Shown here: positions 5,399-12,468 of the stretch, piece after piece
Numbering within the stretch: position 1 is the first letter of the stretch
Layout of the letters: each line of letters starts with the position of its first letter
Virus record (IMG/VR): IMGVR_UViG_2506381019_000003
Span: 1 to 19,118 of that record
Length of the DNA: 19,118 bases
Source of the DNA: a virus
Lineage: Duplodnaviria; Heunggongvirae; Uroviricota; Caudoviricetes
Strand: one strand, 5' to 3'
Position numbers and translations under genes: made by a program
Notes under the pieces: model-generated
What the model was told of the DNA's origin: nothing
The model's database searches: none
Seen by the model: the letters and a program-made list of their open reading frames with translations, nothing else

Positions 5399-6330
5399 AG
5401 CGTGGTGCCTCCGGGGGCGACGGTGAGAGTGAGGCTGGAGAGCCGGGCGGACAGCGCGTCCAGCCGGGCGAGCACAGCGGTGAGGTCCACCGCGCCGCCG
5501 TCGCCGGCGGTGAGCCGGGCGACGTCCGCGCGGACCGCGGCGAGGTCGGTGCCGATCGCCCGGGTCCAGGCGACCAGCGCTCCGTCGGTGCTGAGGTAGC
5601 TGCCGACCCGGGCAACCTCGGTCTCCAGTGCGTAGACCCGCGACTGCAGGTCACCCGCCTTCAGGTAGACAGACCCGAGAGTCATGCCGGCGGAGCCCTG
5701 CCGGATCGGCGTCTTCTCGCCGGCCGCGGTGAGGACCTCGGCGAACAGGTCCGCGCGAAGCCGCGCGGAAATCCGGGCAACGTCTTCGTCGGACAGCTGC
5801 ATGTCGTCCTCCTCGGACGGTGGAGGGGATGTGGGGTAGCCGCGGGCGGCGGCGAGGATGTCGGTCCGGCGGCCGGCACGCAGGTCCCCGGGGCAGGCGT
5901 GGCCACCCCAGGAGGCGCCGCCCATCCGATGGGTGCCGAGGCCGTAGCCGTTCGGGTCGTCGGTGATCTGTGCCGGCCAGCCGAACTCGGCCATGCCCCA
6001 CCGGTAGATCTCGGCGAGTCGCCCGAGCTGCTGCGGGGTGTAGTCCTCGGTGGTGAAGCCCTCGCACTCCACGCTGATCCAGAACCGGTTTCCAGCGGCC
6101 TGCGCCCACGCCCGATCCGTGAGGAGCACGTACTCCTCCACGGCGCCCGTCTTGGACACCCACAGATGTGCGCTGACCTGGCTGGCCGCGTTGTCGAACC
6201 AGCCGAACAGGGAGCCGTTGCCCTGCTGGACGTGCACGATCAGCCCGCGGGTGGGCACGACGATCCCGCCGGCCGTGTAGTTCCGCACCGGCCGCCACAC
6301 GGCACCCGGGTAGCGGGTCGGGTAGCTCAC
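5395..6330 (-). CDS. Endolysin, N-acetylmuramoyl-L-alanine amidase (Amidase_2-type)
   Basis: 311 aa. IVH...SAHLWV...EYV...RAWA...ISVECEG...GTH...ACPG give the zinc ligands His/His/Cys. Pro-rich linker, then a helical C-terminal region. Confidence 0.92.
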   Translation of the reverse strand: MSYPTRYPGAVWRPVRNYTAGGIVVPTRGLIVHVQQGNGSLFGWFDNAASQVSAHLWVSKTGAVEEYVLLTDRAWAQAAGNRFWISVECEGFTTEDYTPQQLGRLAEIYRWGMAEFGWPAQITDDPNGYGLGTHRMGGASWGGHACPGDLRAGRRTDILAAARGYPTSPPPSEEDDMQLSDEDVARISARLRADLFAEVLTAAGEKTPIRQGSAGMTLGSVYLKAGDLQSRVYALETEVARVGSYLSTDGALVAWTRAIGTDLAAVRADVARLTAGDGGAVDLTAVLARLDALSARLSSLTLTVAPGGTTL

Positions 6331-6587
6331 CGCACGACCCCCAGCGACCAGAGAGACCAGATGGCGACCACGGCCGGAATCACTGCGGCGACGGCGAGTA
6401 CGGCGGCGGTCCGGAGCCGGCCCGCGGTGTCCTCCGCCGACCTCCGACCCACCGCCCGCGTCGGCCGCTCACCAGCGGCACGCATCCGGGCGTCGACCTC
6501 GGCCTCGGCGTCCATCCATGTCGCCCGGTCGATCCGCCGAGCGCGGTGTCCGCCGGGCCCGGTCTCGTCCCACCACTGGCCGCTCAC
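6327..6587 (-). CDS. Small membrane protein with a C-terminal TM segment (lysis cassette)
   Basis: Start moved to GTG 6587, which overlaps the upstream TGA at 6584-6586 (GTGA). 86 aa. C-terminal AAVLAVAAVIPAVVAIWSLWSLGVV is hydrophobic. Its stop overlaps the endolysin GTG. Confidence 0.7.
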   Translation of the reverse strand: MSGQWWDETGPGGHRARRIDRATWMDAEAEVDARMRAAGERPTRAVGRRSAEDTAGRLRTAAVLAVAAVIPAVVAIWSLWSLGVVR

Positions 6588-6928
6588 GGCGCACCCGGCC
6601 CCGGGTGGTTCCGCACGTGGTCCTCGTAGCGGACGGTCAGCGTCGCCACGGCGGCCTCGGTGCGGTGGACCGCATCCGCCAGGTGCGAGCCGCCGTTCGG
6701 CAGCAGCTGCCGGGTCCGCTCCTCCACCGCCCGCATCCGCGTAGCGATCCCCGGAACCTCGTCCTCGCCCCGCCACGGGTCAGCGGGCTGACCGCACACC
6801 ACGTCCCGGATCGCCGCCTGCTCACTCGCGATCCCCCGGACGGTACGACCGATCCGAGTCACCGCCCACGACACAGAAACACCAATGACCGCCTCAACGG
6901 CCAGAATTGCTACCCAGCCCCACGACAC
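6584..6928 (-). CDS. Membrane protein with an N-terminal TM and PNGGS motif (actinophage lysis-region family)
   Basis: 114 aa. N-terminal hydrophobic segment; LLPNGGSHLADAVHR resembles the PNGGSSxxDxxxR motif common next to actinophage lysins. AGGGGG RBS. Confidence 0.8.
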   Translation of the reverse strand: MSWGWVAILAVEAVIGVSVSWAVTRIGRTVRGIASEQAAIRDVVCGQPADPWRGEDEVPGIATRMRAVEERTRQLLPNGGSHLADAVHRTEAAVATLTVRYEDHVRNHPGPGAP

Positions 6929-6944
6929 GAGCCGCCCCCTATTT

Positions 6945-7466
6945 TTAAGATGCGAGACGGATCACTGAAATTTGACAGCCTCCGTCGTTAGTTGATGTAT
7001 TCAGCGATCCGCCTGAGTTCTGCCAGGCGAACAGCTGGATGTACTCCCCGACGTCCATGTGAACGACCCGTAGTGCCATATCGATAAAGGTTTCGACGGG
7101 GCTGGCGAGCGCTGGAACGGATGCGGCGCGCAGCGTTGTGCCGTTGCGCTTCATCTTCCCGAACCGGCCGCCTGTCGAGTTAGCGGCGAAAGCGACCACT
7201 CCGGCGATCGCGTAGTAGCCCGCGGTGTTCGCTGTAATCTTGGTCGGGTCGCCGCTCGACCACATGTTGTCGACGTTCGGACTGGCCGACCCGAAGGTGA
7301 TTGCAATGTCAGAGGATGTCGCTATCGACTGCGTGCCCGTGGCGAACGCCCGGCACAGCCCGCCGTCGCAGTCCCGAAGGAAATCCATCATCGATGAGAT
7401 CTCGTTCATCTTCGCTGCGGTCAGGACCTCGTTTGTCCAGGTGCGAATAGACGGGACCGTTGCCAT
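6945..7466 (-). CDS. Minor tail protein, probable C1q/TNF-like beta-sandwich; paralog of 7467-8012
   Basis: 173 aa. MATVPSIRTW N-terminus; TKITANTAGYYAIAGVVAF...TGGR...RNG pattern. Lower GC than the flanks. Confidence 0.7.
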   Translation of the reverse strand: MATVPSIRTWTNEVLTAAKMNEISSMMDFLRDCDGGLCRAFATGTQSIATSSDIAITFGSASPNVDNMWSSGDPTKITANTAGYYAIAGVVAFAANSTGGRFGKMKRNGTTLRAASVPALASPVETFIDMALRVVHMDVGEYIQLFAWQNSGGSLNTSTNDGGCQISVIRLAS

Positions 7467-8012
7467 TTAGAGCGCCCCCACGTAGACCACGGACAGGCCC
7501 GAAGCTCCGTCGGTCACGGTCGTGTTCAGTGTCGTTCCCGACGTCTGGCGCGCGACGAGTTCGATGGACTGGCCCACGGTCATCTGCACCAGCCGTGAAC
7601 CGACTGGCACCAGGGTTGCGAAGGCGGACACCGCAGGTCGGATCGCCGCGCACAGGGGAACCCACGTCCCGCTGTTCGCGTCGTAGCGGATCAGTTTCGC
7701 GCTCCGGTAGCCCGTCGAATGCACTTCGAACGCGATGACGCCTGAGACCATGTACCAGCCGTCTGTTTGTGCGTAGTAGCGGCCGATCTGCGTCAGGTCG
7801 GAATGGCCGCCGTCCCGGTCGACAACCTCGTCCTGAAACACGATCGGGTAGTCCGTGTCATTGGGGACGTTCTGAATGAGAGACTGGTTGAGCTCGCAGA
7901 ATCCGCCCTGTCGGCCGTCGAGGAACCGCAGGAAGGCGGATATTTCGTTGAACCGTAGCGACGTGAGTTTGTCGCGTGATCCCCACGTCCGCGATGATGG
8001 AACAGTTGCCAT
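7467..8012 (-). CDS. Minor tail protein, probable C1q/TNF-like beta-sandwich; paralog of 6945-7466
   Basis: Start moved to ATG 8012, just after the upstream stop at 8017. 181 aa. MATVPSSRTW; FQDEVVDRDGGH...RYYAQTDGWYMVSGVIAF...TGYR. Confidence 0.72.
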   Translation of the reverse strand: MATVPSSRTWGSRDKLTSLRFNEISAFLRFLDGRQGGFCELNQSLIQNVPNDTDYPIVFQDEVVDRDGGHSDLTQIGRYYAQTDGWYMVSGVIAFEVHSTGYRSAKLIRYDANSGTWVPLCAAIRPAVSAFATLVPVGSRLVQMTVGQSIELVARQTSGTTLNTTVTDGASGLSVVYVGAL

Positions 8013-8016
8013 TGAC

Positions 8017-10581
8017 CTAATACCATCCCAGCCGGGTCTTCGCCTCACCGAGGGTGGAGCGGGTCAGGTCGGTCGGCTCGTTGGCCTCGTAAAGCTCCGC
8101 CATCTCGTACAGGTTCGTGTTCCACGGTGACAGGCCGAGCTCGACCTCAACGTTGCGGGTGGGGCCCTGCGAAGAGAACGACTTTGACTCGACCATGCAG
8201 TCGAGCGTGGTCGACGGTGCGAGGTCGGGAAGGCCGACGACCTGGATCCTGTCTCCGATTTCCAGGGTGAGGGCGAGTGGCCACAGTGCCGGCCGTGCCC
8301 CCGGCTGCAATATCAGCGTCGCGACCCGCGCGCGGTTCGTCGCGCGCGCTTCCAGCCGGAACCTGCCCGCGGCGATCGGTTCCTCTTCCGACACCACCGA
8401 CAGTTCGATGTCGTCGGATGGGCGCGCCCCGTACCGGGCCATGGATGCCTCGTCGTACAGCATGGAAGCGGCACCCTGGGTGCGCTTCACCCTGACCACG
8501 TTTTCGATGTACTGATCGTCTTTCCGTGGCCGGAACTGTTTCGCGGCCACCGGTGTTCCGTCGACGGCGGTGAACACGGCGGCGGGTTCGGTGTTCACCC
8601 TGTAGTGCCGGTTGCGCATCACCATTTTTCCGGCGCCGTCGAAGTAGACGACTGCGCCGCCCTGCGCGGCCACGCTGTTGACCAGCGTCAGCGCGGACGT
8701 CTCCGCCCATGTGCGGGGCATGAGGGTGGACAGGCCGCGGTCGACCCGGGTCCAGCACTGCGGCCATCCGATGAGGTTGGCGATGCCGCCGGTGCGGTTG
8801 CCTTCCGTCTCAGTGGATCCTCCGGCGAGCCCGACGGACATGTGCGCGTCGATCCGGTCGGAGGACAGGACCCGCTGCCAGAGTGCGAGGTGGCCGACCG
8901 GCACGCGCCACGGGTTGCTGACGTTGCGGTAGTAGTGCCGGTACAGCCCGCCGAGGTAGGTGTAATGCTGACGGCCGGCGGCGAACAGTGACGACGAAAA
9001 GCTGTGCGTGATGTTTTCGACGTTGGTGCGCAGTCGGATCGTCCACGGCCAGCTCCCGCCGGTGAACGTGACAAAGATCGGCCGGGTGCCGCCTACCGCG
9101 TAGTTGTACGCCGTGGCGATGACCTCGCCGGCGCCCGCGATGCTGACCGTGATGACGCCGCCGTCGGTCATCGCCACTTCGATCCCGACCAGGGTGTCAT
9201 CGGCCCCTGAGACGGTCGTCGGGATGGAGCTGCGGTACAGCACCATCCGTTCGGTCGGGGTCGACGACGGCATTTTCGCCCAGATTTCCAACGTCCACGG
9301 AGTGACCGTGTTCGTGGCCGGGTTCCACGCGATGGCCGCCGCGGTGTCGGTCAGCTCGAAGACGTTGCCCGCTCCGTCGGCCGGAACCGACGGGTTGAGC
9401 GAAAGCCACTTCTGATCATCGTCGGCCGTCTTGCCGGTGGTCAGCTCGGGAAGCTCGGAATCCGCCCCGAACACCGTGGCGCCGGTGCCGTACTTCGAGG
9501 TGAGCATCGACGCCTGTGAGTCGTCCCCGGCGATGGATCCGGCGTCCGTGGATCCCTTCTCCTCGTTGAGCCGGAAATAGGCGTCGGGCTGGTCGAGCAT
9601 GATTTCGGCGGGCAGGGGTGGGAGCACCTTGGCGCCGAAGAACTTGGATCCGTCGACACACTGGACGTCGACCTCGGACCAGCCGCCACCCCAGACGGTC
9701 TGCTCCCATGACTCGGTCTGCCCGGCCCATTCGGGGAAGATGACCCCGTCGACCCGGCGGAGCAGCACGAACCGCTGTCCTGAGTCGATGTTGCCGAGGT
9801 AGGGCGCCGGCGCGGTGGTCGAGTCCGGGGTGAGATACCCGTCGGAGTTGATGAGTGTCGCGGTGAGGGTGGATGCCTGCACCGGGCCGAGCTCGTCACT
9901 GCGCCCGCGGCGCCACGTCGGGGACGCCTTGACCCGCGGTGAGATGTCCGTGCCGAGGTAGTCGACGGCGCCGGCGTCGAACCGGTGCTGTTCGTCCTGC
10001 GGGGCGTCGAGGACGGTCACGCGGAACACCAGTCGGCTGACGGTCGCCGGAGCCAGCCCGACGACGCACAGCGGCATGAACTGGCCGACCCGCTGCGTCA
10101 CGGTGCTGGTTACCTGACTGATCAGCGTGTTGCTGGCCGTCATGAACGACACCGTGCCCTGCACGACGCGGGCCTGCGCCCCCTGCCATCCGGGCCGGGT
10201 GTAGATCAGGGCGCCGTACCAGCGATCGGCGGTCACCGAACCGAGGGCGGACCACCAGAACATCGACGGGTCGCCGGTGCCGGCGGTGTTGCGGTAGACG
10301 ACGGCCAGCTGCGTGCCGGCGTAGGCCTGCGAGGAAGGCAGGATTTCGAGGGTGGTGTCGGTGCCGGCGGCCCACGTGCCGGCCCCTTCGAACGTCGCGT
10401 CATCCCCGTTCAGGATCGGGATGTCGGCGAGGTTCTTGTCGAGGGCGAGGAACGCGAGCAGGTCGACCGGGGTGCCGGATGACGGGGTGCCGATCAGTGC
10501 CGGGTCGTAGACGATCGAATCGTCATCCTCGCCGATCCCGAACGTGCCCAGGCCGAAGGTGCCCAGGCCGAAGCCTGGCAT
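8017..10581 (-). CDS. Large baseplate/hub-like minor tail protein with CBM-like and LamG/ConA-like domains
   Basis: 854 aa. RRGRSDELGPVQASTLTATLINSDGYLTP hub-type motif; DQPDAYFRLNE and WTLEIWAK LamG signature; C-terminal IENVVRVKR...ASMARYG...LEIGDRIQV. Confidence 0.8.
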   Translation of the reverse strand: MPGFGLGTFGLGTFGIGEDDDSIVYDPALIGTPSSGTPVDLLAFLALDKNLADIPILNGDDATFEGAGTWAAGTDTTLEILPSSQAYAGTQLAVVYRNTAGTGDPSMFWWSALGSVTADRWYGALIYTRPGWQGAQARVVQGTVSFMTASNTLISQVTSTVTQRVGQFMPLCVVGLAPATVSRLVFRVTVLDAPQDEQHRFDAGAVDYLGTDISPRVKASPTWRRGRSDELGPVQASTLTATLINSDGYLTPDSTTAPAPYLGNIDSGQRFVLLRRVDGVIFPEWAGQTESWEQTVWGGGWSEVDVQCVDGSKFFGAKVLPPLPAEIMLDQPDAYFRLNEEKGSTDAGSIAGDDSQASMLTSKYGTGATVFGADSELPELTTGKTADDDQKWLSLNPSVPADGAGNVFELTDTAAAIAWNPATNTVTPWTLEIWAKMPSSTPTERMVLYRSSIPTTVSGADDTLVGIEVAMTDGGVITVSIAGAGEVIATAYNYAVGGTRPIFVTFTGGSWPWTIRLRTNVENITHSFSSSLFAAGRQHYTYLGGLYRHYYRNVSNPWRVPVGHLALWQRVLSSDRIDAHMSVGLAGGSTETEGNRTGGIANLIGWPQCWTRVDRGLSTLMPRTWAETSALTLVNSVAAQGGAVVYFDGAGKMVMRNRHYRVNTEPAAVFTAVDGTPVAAKQFRPRKDDQYIENVVRVKRTQGAASMLYDEASMARYGARPSDDIELSVVSEEEPIAAGRFRLEARATNRARVATLILQPGARPALWPLALTLEIGDRIQVVGLPDLAPSTTLDCMVESKSFSSQGPTRNVEVELGLSPWNTNLYEMAELYEANEPTDLTRSTLGEAKTRLGWY

Positions 10582-12428
10582 CAGGCCACCTCAAGCCCGT
10601 AGTAGGCGGCGAACCAGGCGACCACCTGAGAGATCTCGGTGGTGGTCAGCGCGCGGTTGTAGAACGCGAGTTCGGCGAGACCGCCGGTCAGGAAGTTGCC
10701 CGATCCGCTGCTGTTGCAGCCGACCCGGACGCCGGGCAGGGCCGCCGATCCGCTGGTGCCGGTGGTGCCGCGGGTGGTGAATACCCGGGAGTCCCAGGCG
10801 ATGGAGCTGGACGCGCCGTTGAAGACGTGGGCGACGATGTGCCAGCTGGCAATGTCCGGGGTTTCGCGTGCGGCGAGCTCCCCGGCCGCGCCGGCGCCGA
10901 CCGCGTAGAGGGACGGGCTGATGCCGCCGTAGACGTAGACCCCGGTTCGGCCCGACCACCAGTTCGCGGCGGCGGCCCTGGAGGTGAACCGGCCGACAAC
11001 GAAAACGGTTATCGGTACTGCGTAGGAGGTTGCCCACGCCCCGGTATCCATGTGCTGCGACGAGCCGGAAGCGAAGTACACGGCCGGCTTGCCGCCCAGG
11101 GATGCTGACGCCGCGATGTACGTGGGCCTGTTGCTGCCCGACTGTGTGAGCGGTGTCGTCTGCGCCCCGGCGGCCGGCGCCCAGCTGGACACCGGGTCGT
11201 TGTTGGCCAGGGCCAGAGTGCTTGCTCGCCACCACGACAGCAGGCCGGACAGCGAGCTCGGCGACACGATGTCCGGGGTGACCAGCTGCATCCCGGCGAG
11301 ACGCGGGGACCGCAACGCGACGGCGAGCAGGTCCGCCATTTCCGCGTATCCGCGGTCCGTCTGGTGGATGTCGTCGCTCGAAATGATGTTGTAGTGGTCG
11401 ACGGACTGCGACTGTGGGTAGACGCTGCCGATGTCGACCCAGGCGCAGTTCATCGGGTCGTTGGCGGCGATGTCGCGCAGCTGATCGCCGTACGCGCTCC
11501 ACGGGTATGACGGGCTGGTGACGTCGAACCGGCGGTAGGTGGAGACCAGGAGGAAGCTCGGCGGCGGGTACTGTGCCGCCCTGATGTTGTCGATGATCGT
11601 GCGGACGGTCGTGCCGAACGTGGCCGGTGCGACCCCGGTTTCGTAGTCGTTGCTGCCCAGCATCAGGATCACCAGGCCGGGCAGCAGCTGCCCGCACCTG
11701 GTGGCGATCGACGCGGCGCCGCTGAAGTCTGCGGCCACCGACCCGGACTTACCTGACGTGTAGACCTGCACCCCGGACGACTCGTCCCCGTTGTGCGCGT
11801 ACACGCCAGAGATCGCGCACGCACCGACCGCCGTGATCAGGATCGAGTGCGAGCCGGCCGCGACCGTGCCGCTGGACCATGTCCCGTCGTGCCGGTTCGC
11901 CGACCCGGATGTGCTCGGCGTGACCGTCGTCGCGGCCCCGCCGTCGACGCTGACCGTGAACTGGCCGGAGGTCGGCCCCTGCTCGAACAGGACGGTGAAG
12001 CTCGTACAGGGGTTGATGGTGCGGCCCATCGTCGCCCCGGCCGCCAGCGTCGTCGTCGACAGGCCGAGGCCCACCGCGGTCGTACCGGTGGTGCCGGTGA
12101 GCGTCCACCCGGAGTCCCCGGCCATGAAATAGGCCCCGCCGACCACCCCGGTCGGGTTGTAATCGCGGTGCAGCGCGTCACCCAACCTGTTCGTGTACCG
12201 GCGATCCAACGCGCCGGCACCGAACCCGGCGGTGGTGCTCGACCCGATGGCCACCACCCGCGCCGCGCCGTACCAGCGGTTGCCGAGCGCGGCCCGCCAG
12301 GATCGGAGCGCCTGCACCGACCGGGGCGCCTCCACCTCGGTGTCAAAGGCGTCGAAGGCATCGACGATGTCCCCGCCCCACACGTCGGCCGGGGACACGG
12401 ACAGCGCCGGAAGGGTGTAGTCGACCAC
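10581..12428 (-). CDS. Tail-associated SGNH/GDSL hydrolase with a C-terminal LamG/ConA-like domain
   Basis: 615 aa. Block I VVAIGSSTTAG, block II SGKSG, block III LMLGSND, block V DDIH. C-terminal LLSWWRAS...PVSSW...RPTY...GKPAVYF domain. GGGAG RBS; TGATG overlap with the next gene. Confidence 0.85.
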   Translation of the reverse strand: MVDYTLPALSVSPADVWGGDIVDAFDAFDTEVEAPRSVQALRSWRAALGNRWYGAARVVAIGSSTTAGFGAGALDRRYTNRLGDALHRDYNPTGVVGGAYFMAGDSGWTLTGTTGTTAVGLGLSTTTLAAGATMGRTINPCTSFTVLFEQGPTSGQFTVSVDGGAATTVTPSTSGSANRHDGTWSSGTVAAGSHSILITAVGACAISGVYAHNGDESSGVQVYTSGKSGSVAADFSGAASIATRCGQLLPGLVILMLGSNDYETGVAPATFGTTVRTIIDNIRAAQYPPPSFLLVSTYRRFDVTSPSYPWSAYGDQLRDIAANDPMNCAWVDIGSVYPQSQSVDHYNIISSDDIHQTDRGYAEMADLLAVALRSPRLAGMQLVTPDIVSPSSLSGLLSWWRASTLALANNDPVSSWAPAAGAQTTPLTQSGSNRPTYIAASASLGGKPAVYFASGSSQHMDTGAWATSYAVPITVFVVGRFTSRAAAANWWSGRTGVYVYGGISPSLYAVGAGAAGELAARETPDIASWHIVAHVFNGASSSIAWDSRVFTTRGTTGTSGSAALPGVRVGCNSSGSGNFLTGGLAELAFYNRALTTTEISQVVAWFAAYYGLEVA

Positions 12429-12468
12429 GATTGCTCCCGAACCAGGTAGGTGAGGCGGCGGGCCGCGA

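Noticed and set aside
3335-6744. Long plus-strand ORFs 3335-5038 and 5260-6744
   Set aside because: Shadows of the lysis genes, with Arg/Gly/Pro-rich low-information translations.
6588-6776. Longer 149-aa version of the 6327 ORF
   Set aside because: It would overlap the 6584-6928 gene extensively; the GTGA-coupled start at 6587 fits better.
12351-12360. 10-bp match (GTCGAAGGCA) to the 14-bp repeat
   Set aside because: Partial, inside a coding region, and compatible with chance.
6945-12428. Diversity-generating retroelement target or shufflon in the tail-tip genes
   Set aside because: No reverse transcriptase or invertase, no near-identical template/variable repeat pair differing at adenines, and the paralog 5' ends are not identical at DNA level.
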